From assembly GCA_040289515.1 (NCBI GenBank), contig PSLI01000005.1, positions 1-64,000 of the forward strand: a stretch of DNA of 64,000 nt, read 5' to 3'. A model generated the notes under the pieces. It saw nothing but the letters and a program-made list of their open reading frames with translations. It was not told the origin of the DNA and made no database searches. Position numbers and translations under genes: made by a program. Origin of the DNA: Candidatus Sysuimicrobiota bacterium. Lineage in GTDB: Bacteria; Sysuimicrobiota; Sysuimicrobiia; Sysuimicrobiales; Sysuimicrobiaceae. Shown piece by piece: positions 40,009 through 49,200 of this stretch. Position 1 is the first letter of the stretch, and every line of letters begins with the position of its first letter.

Positions 40009-40070
40009 GGGCCCTGTCCCCTAGGACAGTCCCCCAAGGCCCTGTCCCCAGGGGACAGGGCCTTGGGGGA
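40009..40070. repeat. GGCCCTGTCCCC units and perfect 20-bp inverted repeat
   Basis: TCCCCCAAGGCCCTGTCCCC-A-GGGGACAGGGCCTTGGGGGA at 40030-40070, plus upstream direct copies. Confidence 0.92.
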
Positions 40071-40151
40071 GCCGGCAGCCCCGGCCAGGCCCTCCCACCG
40101 GGCTGTCGGGAGCCTCCCGCAGGATTCGAAAGCGTACAATGCGGGTTGGAG

Positions 40152-41795
40152 ATGACCCGCCAGCAGCTGGAGAACCTTCTGCGGCGTAAGTCGGCGGAGA
40201 TCGCCGCCCTGCGGGAGATCAGCCGCACCATCAGCCAAGCCCATGACCTGGACACCACCCTGACCACCATCACCCGCAAGACCGCGGAGGTCATGGGCAT
40301 GGACTCCTGCTCCGTGTACCTTCTGGACCCCCAGGGGGAGTACCTGGTGCTGCGGGCCACCACGGGCCTGGCACCGGAGGCGGTGGGGCGGGCTCGCCTG
40401 CGGCTCGGGGAGGGGCTGACAGGGTGGGCCGCGCTGCACGAGCAGCCTGCCTGGAGCAGCGACGCGCCCAGCGACCCCCGGTTCGTGCTGCTCCCCGAGA
40501 CCGAGGAGCTGCGCTTCCAGTCCCTGCTGGCCGTCCCCCTGACGGTGGGCGGCCGGGTGCTGGGGGCCATGAACGTGCAAACCCGCACCACCCACGAGTT
40601 CACCGAGGACGAGGTGGAGCTGGTCAGCATGATCGCGGACCTCGCCGGGGGGGCCATCGAGAAGGCCACCCTGCACGACCACATGCGGCGCCAGATCCGC
40701 GAGCTTTCTACCCTCGCGGAGCTCAGCCAGACCCTGGCCTCGCCCCTGTACCTGGAGCAGGTGCTGCAGGTCATCGTGCAGATGGCCGCCCGCATGCTGG
40801 AGGCCCGGCTGTGCTCCCTGCTGCTGGTGGATGAGACCGCGGGGCTCCTGCGGCCCGCGGCGGCCCACCCGGCAGGCGAGGCGTACACGGAACGGGCTCC
40901 CATCCCCCTGGGGGCCGGGATCGCGGGCCGGGTGGCCCAGACGGGTGAGAGGGAGGTGGTACCGGATCTGCTGGCCGAGCCCCGTTTTTCGGACCCCGAG
41001 TTCGCTTCCCGGGAGGAGCTTCGGTCCATGGTGTCGGTGCCCCTGCGGGTCCGAGACCGAATCATCGGCGTGCTGAACTGCTACCGTGGCCAACCCGCGG
41101 CTTTCAGCCCCGCGGACGTGAACCTCCTGACCACCCTCGCCACGCAGACGGCCCTGGCCATCGAGAACGCCAACCTGGTCATGCGGTCCGCGGTGGTGCG
41201 GGAAATGCACCACCGGGTCAAGAACAACCTCCAGACCATCGCCATGCTGCTGCGTCTGCAGCTGGCGGACGGCCGCGAGCCTTCCGGCCGCGAGGTCCTC
41301 ACGGAGACCATCAACCGCGTCCTGGGTATCGCCGCGGTGCACGAGATCCTGTCCCTGGAAGGGTTCCGCACCGTGAACCTGCGGGAGGTGCTGGATCGGC
41401 TCACCCACGCGGTGGTGGCCAACATGCGACGGCCCGATCTAGACCTCGAGGTGTCGGTGCAGGGCGACGACGTGTACTTCCCCTCCCAGCCCGCCACCTC
41501 CGCGGCCCTGGTAGCCACAGAGCTGGTCCAGAACGCTCTGGAGCACGCCTTCCGGGGCCGCACCCGCGGACGGCTGTGGGTGCGCCTGGTGGACACTGCC
41601 AGTCACGTGGTGCTGGAGGTGGAGGACGACGGTACCGGACTGCCGGAGGGGTTCGACCCGGAGACCTGTTCCGACCTGGGCCTGCGCATCGCCCGGACCC
41701 TGGTCCGGGAGGACCTGAAGGGAGAGCTTTTGGCCTGCGGGGGCCTGGGCGCCCGGTTCGTGGTTCGCATCCCCAAGGAGGTTTTGGGCGCGTGA
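40152..41795 (+). CDS. GAF-GAF sensor histidine kinase (HisKA_2, PdtaS/EutW-like)
   Basis: Two GAF repeats, EMHHRVKNNLQ, ELVQNALEHAF, DDGTG, LGL; no TM segments seen. Confidence 0.92.
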   Translation: MTRQQLENLLRRKSAEIAALREISRTISQAHDLDTTLTTITRKTAEVMGMDSCSVYLLDPQGEYLVLRATTGLAPEAVGRARLRLGEGLTGWAALHEQPAWSSDAPSDPRFVLLPETEELRFQSLLAVPLTVGGRVLGAMNVQTRTTHEFTEDEVELVSMIADLAGGAIEKATLHDHMRRQIRELSTLAELSQTLASPLYLEQVLQVIVQMAARMLEARLCSLLLVDETAGLLRPAAAHPAGEAYTERAPIPLGAGIAGRVAQTGEREVVPDLLAEPRFSDPEFASREELRSMVSVPLRVRDRIIGVLNCYRGQPAAFSPADVNLLTTLATQTALAIENANLVMRSAVVREMHHRVKNNLQTIAMLLRLQLADGREPSGREVLTETINRVLGIAAVHEILSLEGFRTVNLREVLDRLTHAVVANMRRPDLDLEVSVQGDDVYFPSQPATSAALVATELVQNALEHAFRGRTRGRLWVRLVDTASHVVLEVEDDGTGLPEGFDPETCSDLGLRIARTLVREDLKGELLACGGLGARFVVRIPKEVLGA

Positions 41796-42361
41796 AGCGC
41801 ATCGTGGTGGCGGATGACGAAGCCCTGATCCGCATGGGGTTGCGGGCCATGCTGGAGGACCGCGGCTACCGGGTGGTGGGCGAAGCCTCCGACGGCCGGC
41901 GGGCCGTGGAGCTGGTGGTGCGTCTGCGGCCGGACCTGGTGTTCCTGGACGCGAAGATGCCGGGGATGGACGGGCTTGCGGCGGCTGCTCGTATCCAGCA
42001 GGTGTGCCCGACCCCCGTGGTACTGCTCACCGCGTACAGCGAGCGGGAACTGATCAAGCAGGCCCAGCAGGTGGGCGTGCTGGCCTACCTGGTGAAGCCT
42101 ATCAAGGAGGAGGACCTCGTTCCCACCATCGAGGTGGCCCTGGCCCGCTTCGCGGACCTCCAGCGCAAGGCCCAGCGCATCGAGGAGCTGGAAGAACAGC
42201 TGCACACCCGCAAGCTGGTGGAGCGGGCCAAGGGGTTGCTGATGCAGCGGGAGGGCCTGTCGGAGGAGGAAGCGTTCCGCCGGATCCAGGGGGAGGCCCG
42301 CCGCACCCGCCGCACCATGCGGGAGGTGGCCCTGCAGATCCTCAGCGAGCAGCCCTCGTAG
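41792..42361 (+). CDS. ANTAR-domain response regulator (PdtaR/EutV-like)
   Basis: ADDE, LDAKMP, TAYS, KP receiver; RKLVERAKGLLM...EEEAFRRIQ ANTAR. Confidence 0.93.
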   Translation: MKRIVVADDEALIRMGLRAMLEDRGYRVVGEASDGRRAVELVVRLRPDLVFLDAKMPGMDGLAAAARIQQVCPTPVVLLTAYSERELIKQAQQVGVLAYLVKPIKEEDLVPTIEVALARFADLQRKAQRIEELEEQLHTRKLVERAKGLLMQREGLSEEEAFRRIQGEARRTRRTMREVALQILSEQPS

Positions 42362-42841
42362 CTACGGTTCCTGGGGGCTTGCCAGGTCCCGCAACAGGGT
42401 CGCCATCTCCACCGCAGCCAGGGCGGCGTCGCGCCCGCGGTTGCCCGCCTTCCCGCCAGCCCGTTCCGCCGCCTGCTGGGGCTCATCCGCGGTAATGACC
42501 CCGTACAGTACCGGGACGCCGCTCTCCAAGGCCGCCCGGGCGATGCCCGCCGCGCTCTGGCCTGCCACGTACTCGAAGTGGGGTGTGTCGCCCCGCACCA
42601 CCGCTCCCAGGCACACCACCGCCTGGTACCGCCCCGAACGGGCCAGCTGCAGCGCGACCAGGGGCAACTCAAACGCCCCCGGGACCCACGCCACGTCCGC
42701 CTCCTCCACCCCGCACCGCCGCAGGCCGTCCAGGGCACCGTCCACCAGCAAGCGGGTGGTGGCCTCGTTGAACCGGCTGGCCACCACCGCCACCTTCAGC
42801 CCGCGGCCAACTAGGGAACCCTCAAACGTTCGGACCCGCAT
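42362..42841 (-). CDS. ribH: 6,7-dimethyl-8-ribityllumazine synthase
   Basis: SRFNE, VPGAFELP, RGDTPHFEYV, GGKAGNRG. Confidence 0.95.
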   Translation of the reverse strand: MRVRTFEGSLVGRGLKVAVVASRFNEATTRLLVDGALDGLRRCGVEEADVAWVPGAFELPLVALQLARSGRYQAVVCLGAVVRGDTPHFEYVAGQSAAGIARAALESGVPVLYGVITADEPQQAAERAGGKAGNRGRDAALAAVEMATLLRDLASPQEP

Positions 42842-44056
42842 CGTCACCTCCCAGCTCCCCAAGGAGATGCCCCAACCGGTCCCGCTTGGTCCGCAGGTAC
42901 GCCACGTTCTCCGGACTCACCCCTACCATCAGAGGAATACGCTCGGTCACCGCCACCCCGGCCTGCTGCAAGGCCCGCACCTTCGCGGGGTTGTTGGTAA
43001 GCAGCCGCGCCCGCTCCACTCCCAGGGCCCGCAACATCTGCGCACCCACCGCGTGGTCCCGGGCATCCGGGGGAAACCCAGGGCCAGGTTGGCTTCCACC
43101 GTGTCGTAGCCCGCGTCCTGGAGGGCGTACGCCCGCACCTTGTTGGCCAGCCCGATGCCCCGCCCCTCCTGCCGTAGGTAGACCACCACCCCGCAGCCCT
43201 CCTGCGCCACCCGCCGCATGGCCTCCTCCAGCTGCGCCGCGCAGTCGCACCGCCGCGACCCGAACGCCTCGCCCGTGAGGCACTGGGAGTGCATCCGCAC
43301 CAGCACGGGATCCGGGCCCGCCACCTCCCCCAGCACCAGGGCCAGGTGCACGCGGTCGGTGAACCGGTGCCGGAAGGCCACCAGGCGCCAGGTGACCCCG
43401 CGGGCGGGTAGGTACGTCTCCTCTACCACCTCCACCACCGTCTCGCGCTCCAGCCGCCAGCGCACCAGGTCCGCCACCCGCAGCATCCCCACGCGCAGCC
43501 TGCGGCACAGAGCTGCCAGCTCGGGCAGCCGCGCCATGTGGCCGTCGGGGGCCAGCACCTCGCAGATGGCCGCCACCGGCGGTAGCCCCGCCCGCTGTAC
43601 CAGCTCCACCGCGGCTTCCGTGTGCCCGGGCCGCTCCAGGACACCACCCTCTCGGGCCACGAGGGGGAACACGTGTCCAGGGCGGTCCAGGTCCTCCGGC
43701 CGGGTGGCAGGATCCGCCAGGGCCCGCAGGGTCGCAGCCCGGTCGAAGGCGGAAATGCCGCTACCGGCCCCCTTTCGGGCGCTCACGGACACGGTGAAGG
43801 CCGTGCCGAAGCGGCTGGTGTTGCGAGCGGTCATGAAGGGCAGCTCTAGTTCCCGGGCCCGCTGCGCGGTGAGGGGTGCACACAGCAGCCCCCCACCCTC
43901 GCGGATCATGAGGTTCACCGCCTGCGGGGTAGCGTGGCACGCGGCCAGCACAAAGTCACCCTCGTTCTCGCGCTGCTCGTCGTCCAGCACCACCACCAGC
44001 TCCCCCCGCGCCAACCGACGCACCGCTTCCTCCACGGAGATCCAGGGAACGTTCAC
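42822..44056 (-). CDS. ribBA: Bifunctional DHBP synthase/GTP cyclohydrolase II, frameshifted at 43069-43073
   Basis: [21 protein letters not shown]...[12 protein letters not shown]-terminus (LLTNNPAK...[11 protein letters not shown]) lies in another frame. Confidence 0.88.
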
Positions 44057-44637
44057 CGCCGCAGCCCCCCTGCCAGCCGCTCCACGTACTTGGCCAGCAC
44101 GTCCACCTCCAGGTTCACCGGGTCGCCCACACCCCGCTGCCCCAGGGTCGTGGCCTGGAGTGTCTTCGGGATCAGACACACGAGGAAGCTGCCGGACTTC
44201 ACGCCCGCCACCGCGAGGCTCACCCCGTCCACCGACACCGATCCCCGCTCCACCAGGTACCGCATCACCTTCGGAGGTGCCGCCACCTCCATCCACCGCG
44301 CCTGCCGCTCCGGTCGCACCGCCCTCACGCAGCCAACGGCGTCCACGTGTCCCTGCACCAGGTGGCCACCCAGGGGCTGCCCGAGCCTCAGCGGCCGCTC
44401 CAGGTTCACAAAGTCCCCGGGCTTCCGGACGCCGAGGGTGGTGCGCTGGAGGGTCGCAGGGCCCAGGTCGGCCTCAAAATACGCCCGGCCCACCCACACC
44501 GCGGTCAGGCACACCCCGTCCACAGCCACGCTGTGGCCCTCCTGCAGGCCGCGGACCACCCGCCGGGCCTGCACGCGCAGGCGGCCGCCTCGCAGCCAAG
44601 CCACCCGGCCCACCTCCTCCACGATCCCGGTGAACAT
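44053..44637 (-). CDS. ribE: Riboflavin synthase alpha chain
   Basis: [30 protein letters not shown]. Confidence 0.95.
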   Translation of the reverse strand: MFTGIVEEVGRVAWLRGGRLRVQARRVVRGLQEGHSVAVDGVCLTAVWVGRAYFEADLGPATLQRTTLGVRKPGDFVNLERPLRLGQPLGGHLVQGHVDAVGCVRAVRPERQARWMEVAAPPKVMRYLVERGSVSVDGVSLAVAGVKSGSFLVCLIPKTLQATTLGQRGVGDPVNLEVDVLAKYVERLAGGLRR

Positions 44638-45620
44638 CAGCCGTCCCCGCGCAGACGGCCGCGCACCTCCGCCACGAAGGCCACCACGCGGTCCACCAGG
44701 CCAGTACAGAAAAGCGAGGCGTGCAGCTCGGCACCCCCCTCCGCCAGCACGCTCAGCACCCCGCGCTCGGCCAGCCGGCGCAGCACGTCCTGAAGGGAAA
44801 CCCGCTCGCCTTGGGCCTCACACACCCACACCTCCGCGCCCGCGCGCTGCAGCTGGTCCTTCCGCTCCGGGGCCGCATGGGGGGTCGTGGCCACCACGAC
44901 CTTCGAGGACCCCTGCCGCAGCATCCGGGCGTTAGGCGGAAGATGCAACTGGCTATCGACCACCACCCGCAGGGGGTCCCGGCCACCCGGGATCCGGCAC
45001 GTGAGGGCGGGGTCGTCCCGTAGGGCGGTACCGCAGCCTACCAGGACAGCATCGTGCTGGTCCCGCAGACGGTGCGCGAACTCCCGGGCTGATGTGCCTG
45101 TAATCCACCGCGCCTGTCCCGCGCGGGTGGCCATACGGCCGTCCGCGGACATGGCCCACTTGGCGGTCACCCACGGCAGACCTGTCGACCGGTGCTTCAC
45201 GTAGGCGGCGTTGAGCTGCCGTCCTTCCTCCTCCAGGACGCCCAGCGTTACCTCCACCCCGGCCTCCCGGAGGCGGCGGATTCCGCGGCCGCCCACCCTG
45301 GGGTCTGGGTCCCCCATGGCCACCACCACCCGTTGGATCCCCGCAGCAAGGATGGCCTCGGTACACGGGGGTGTGCGGCTGTGGTGGTTGCAGGGCTCCA
45401 GATTCACGTACAGGGTGGCGCCTTGGGCCTGCGGACCTGCGCGCTCCAGGGCCATGGCTTCCGCGTGCGGGTAACCCGCGGCCTGGTGGTAACCCCACCC
45501 GGCCTCCGTGCCGTCCCGCACCACCACCGCGCCCACCATGGGGTTGGGGCTGGTGCGCCCCTGGCCCATGGAGGCAAGTTGCAGGGCCCGTCGCATCCAG
45601 AAGGCGTCCTGCAAACGCAT
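44637..45620 (-). CDS. ribD: Bifunctional deaminase/reductase RibD (C-terminus looks shortened)
   Basis: PNPMVGAV, HAE, LEPCNH...PPC, EGG. Confidence 0.92.
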   Translation of the reverse strand: MRLQDAFWMRRALQLASMGQGRTSPNPMVGAVVVRDGTEAGWGYHQAAGYPHAEAMALERAGPQAQGATLYVNLEPCNHHSRTPPCTEAILAAGIQRVVVAMGDPDPRVGGRGIRRLREAGVEVTLGVLEEEGRQLNAAYVKHRSTGLPWVTAKWAMSADGRMATRAGQARWITGTSAREFAHRLRDQHDAVLVGCGTALRDDPALTCRIPGGRDPLRVVVDSQLHLPPNARMLRQGSSKVVVATTPHAAPERKDQLQRAGAEVWVCEAQGERVSLQDVLRRLAERGVLSVLAEGGAELHASLFCTGLVDRVVAFVAEVRGRLRGDG

Positions 45621-45735
45621 GCGCCCGGAGGTAGAACCTCCGGGCGCCGCTTAACGCAAGGCCGCTGGCGGATCCCGAACCCGTGGTCCGGGCCGTCGGT
45701 GACAAGGGCGCCTGCACTACCGGAAGCGCCCCGGC

Positions 45736-45911
45736 GACCTTCTCCCATCCGGACTGTACCGTCGGCCCCGGACTGGGCTCCTCTAAGCCTCCACCGGAGT
45801 CCACCGCGCCGCAGACCGTACGCGGGTCGCGGGCTCGCACCGGCCCTGCCGGTGCCCACCGCCGGTCGGGAATCGGGGACCGTACAGCCCCCTCACCCTG
45901 CCCCGAAGGTC
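45736..45911 (-). ncRNA. FMN riboswitch (RFN element)
   Basis: CTTCGGGGCAGGGTGA...TTCCCGACCGGCGGT...AGCCCGCGA...CCGGGGCCGACGGTACAGTCCGGATGGGAGAAG upstream of ribD; TATAAT at 45925-45930. Confidence 0.95.
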
Positions 45912-46021
45912 CTACCGCGGCCTCATTATACTAGTTCGCACGTTTCAAGGCGCAACGTTCGAAAATGCCGACCCTTTCCCCTGGCCACGCTTCGCCGTGA
46001 AAACTTTTGGCCGCGGACCGG

Positions 46022-46050
46022 TTGACAGCCGCAGCCTACATTGCTATCTA
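46022..46050 (+). promoter_or_regulatory. Promoter for gltB leader
   Basis: TTGACA-17 nt-(TG.)TATCTA. Confidence 0.65.
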
Positions 46051-46072
46051 ACAAACAAACGAAATCGCTCGT

Positions 46073-46192
46073 GAGGGAGTGCGCCTAGGGTTCCGCGGCC
46101 TGCACCCACCAGGCCGGTCTGGGCCAAGCGGCGCAGGCGGGAGATCTGGCCCGCTACACCGTCGGGACAAAAGCCCGAGGGGGAGGTTCCTC
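46073..46192 (+). ncRNA. ykkC-family riboswitch, subtype-2-like (ppGpp/PRPP class)
   Basis: CCTAGGGTTCCG...GTCTGGGCCAAGCGG...ACACCGTCGGGACAAAAGCCCG core; 5' GAGGGA pairs with 3' TTCCTC (P0). Confidence 0.85.
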
Positions 46193-46226
46193 AGGCAGAG
46201 GCCCCCTCGGGCTTCGGGTTATTTTT
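46171..46226 (+). terminator. Riboswitch expression-platform terminator
   Basis: AAGCCCGAGGGGG/CCCCCTCGGGCTT 13-bp stem overlapping the aptamer 3' end, then TTATTTTT. Confidence 0.75.
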
Positions 46227-46255
46227 CCGAAATTTACTAGGAGGGAGCCGGGACC

Positions 46256-49200
46256 GTGACGTCTTTGGCGGCGTTTCCGGAGCGCGACGCGTGCGGGGTG
46301 GGGTTCGTAGCGCGGCTGGACGGAGTCCCCTCCCACGCGGTGCTCCAGGCCGCACTGCGCGCTCTGCGCAACCTGGCCCACCGGGGAGCCCAGGCGGCGG
46401 ACGGCCGCACGGGGGACGGAGCGGGCATCCTCACCGAGATTCCGCACGGGCTGTTTGCCCGCGTTCTGCGGGAAATGGGCTACCGTGGCGACGAGGGGCC
46501 CCTGGTCGTGGGAATGTTCTTCTTCCCCACCGCGGAGGACCGCTACCGGGCCTGCCGGGAGGCGTGTGACGCGGAGTTCGCCCGCGCAGGCCTGCGGCTG
46601 CTGGGATGGCGGACGCCCCCGGTGCAGCCTAAGGCCCTGGGCGAATACGCCCTGCGCACCCTGCCCCGCATCCAGCAAGCCCTGCTGACCCCGCTGGTGG
46701 AGTGGGAGCCCGAGGCGCTGGAACGGCACCTGTACCTGGTTCGGCGCCGCATCGAGAAGCGCACAGCATCCCTGGGACTGTACATCCCTTCCCTATCCTG
46801 CCGGACGGTGGTGTACAAAGCCCTGGTCTCCGCCCCGCAGCTGGAGCGCTTCTACCTGGACCTTCAGGATCAGGACTTCGCGGTGCGGGCTGCAGTGTTC
46901 CACCAGCGCTACAGCACCAACACCCACCCCTCCTGGCAGCTGGCGCAGCCCTTCCGCTTGGTGGCCCACAACGGTGAGATCAACACGCTGCTGGGGAACG
47001 TGAACTGGATGCGGGCCCGGGAGGGCGACCTGCGCAGCAGCGTGTGGGAGGACCGGCTGCAGGAGCTGCTCCCCGTGATCCAGGACGGGGGCAGCGACAG
47101 CGCCATGCTGGACAATGTGCTGGAGCTGGTGCGCCGCAGCGGCCGTGACCTTCCCCACGCGGTGCGGATGTTGGTGCCCGAGGCGTGGGAGGGCGCCTGG
47201 AACCTGGACGCGGCCGTGCGGGCCTTCTATCGCTACCACGCGTGCCTTGCCGAACCGTGGGACGGGCCGGCGGCGTTGGCCTTCTTCGATGGCCGCACGG
47301 TGGGGATGGCCCTGGACCGCAACGGCCTGCGTCCAGCCCGGTATACCGTCACCCACGAAGGCCTGGTGGTGGCCGGCTCCGAGGTGGGCGTCCTGCCCAT
47401 CCCGCCCGGACGGGTCCTGGAGAAGGGCCGGCTGGGTCCGGGAGAGATGGTGGTGGTGGACCTGGAGGAGCGGCGTTTCCTGCACCACCCCGAGATCCTC
47501 CAGCGTCTGTCCCGGCGCCGTCCGTACGTCAAGTGGGTGGAGCGCCTGGTGCGGGTGGAGCCTAAGCCGAAGTCCTGTTCCCCGGAGGAGCGGGTGGACC
47601 TGCTGCACCTGGCGTTCGGCTACACGAAGGAGGACCTGCAGCGGGTGCTACAAGCCATGGCGGCGGAGGGCAAGGACCCCGTGGGCTCCATGGGCGACGA
47701 CACCCCTCCCTCGGCCCTGTCCAGCCAGCCACGGCTGCTGTACCAGTTCTTCCGCCAGCGGTTCGCTCAGGTCACCAACCCGCCCATCGATCCCTTGCGG
47801 GAGCGGGTGGTGATGTCCCTGGAGGTGCGGCTGGGGGCTCGCCGTTCCTTCCTGGAGGAAGGGCCGGAGCACGCGGATCTGGTGGAGCTAGCCAGCCCCG
47901 TGCTGCCGGACCTGGACTGGCTGGAGGAGGTTCCCCTGCAGCCCAAGCTTCTGGACGCTACCTTCGAAGCGGAACGGGGCGCGCACGGGCTAGAGGAGGC
48001 TTTGGACCACCTGTGCCGCCAGGCCGAGGAAGCGGTGCGCGCGGGCTGCACCGCCCTGGTTCTCAGCGACCGCCGGGTGAACCGCGAGCGGGCGCCCATC
48101 CCGGCCCTGCTGGCCACCGCGGCGGTGCACCACCACCTGATCCGCCGAGGCCTGCGCCTGCGGACCGCGTTGCTGGTGGAAACCGGAGAGGCCCGGGAGG
48201 TGCATCACGTGGCCTGCCTGGTGGGCTACGGTGCCGAGGGGGTCTACCCTTACCTAGCGCTCGCCACCGCCCAACGCCTGTCCAGTCAGGGTGCCGGCAA
48301 CCTCAAGAAGGCTCTTGAAGCCGGGCTGCTCAAGGTCATGGCCAAGATGGGCATCGCCCCCCTGCAGGCTTACTGCGGGGCGCAGATCTTCGAGACCATC
48401 GGGCTCGAGCAGAGCCTGGTGGATCGCTACTTTCCGGGCACCCCCAACCACGTGCCGGGCGTTGGGCTGGCGGCCCTGGCGCGGGACGTGCTGGAGCGGC
48501 ACGCCGCCTACCGCCGGGCCCTGGCGGGCGAACCCGCCACGGTGCCGGACCTCGGGTTTTACCGGTACCGGCACGGGGGCGAGCAGCACGGGTTCGAGCC
48601 GGACGTGGTAAAAGCTATCCACCGGGTGAGCTTGAACGGTCCCGCAGCGTACCCTGATCTTGCGGAGCTGGTGAGCGCCCGGCCTCCGCAGGCCCTGCGG
48701 GACCTGCTGGAGATCCAGCCCGCGGGGCCTCCGGTTCCCCTGGAGGAGGTGGAGCCCGCGGAGCGCATCCTCCGCCGGTTCGTCATCTCCGCCATGTCCC
48801 ACGGGGCTCTGTCCCGGGAGGCCCACGAGACGCTGGCCATCGCCGCCAACCGCCTGGGCATGCGCTGCAACAGTGGGGAGGGCGGCGAGGACCCTGCCCG
48901 CCGCCAGGTGCGGCCCAACGGCGACTGGCCCAACACCACCATCAAGCAGGTGGCCTCCGGCCGGTTCGGCGTCACCGCGGGCTACCTGCGCTCTGCGGTG
49001 GAGCTGGAGATCAAGATGGCGCAGGGCAGCAAGCCGGGGGAGGGTGGTCAGCTGCTGGGGCACAAGGTGACCGAAGAGATCGCGCGGCTGCGCAAGACCC
49101 AGCCGGGTACCGCCCTCATCTCGCCCCCGCCCCACCACGACATCTACAGCATCGAGGACCTGGCGCAGCTCATCTACGATCTCAAGCAGGTGCACCCCAC

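Noticed and set aside
39040..40070. CRISPR array
   Set aside because: Units are 13-14 nt, contiguous, without spacers, and no cas genes are present
39951..41408. 685-aa ORF fusing the transposase to upstream sequence
   Set aside because: Antisense shadow of the kinase gene; transposase homology starts at GTG 39950
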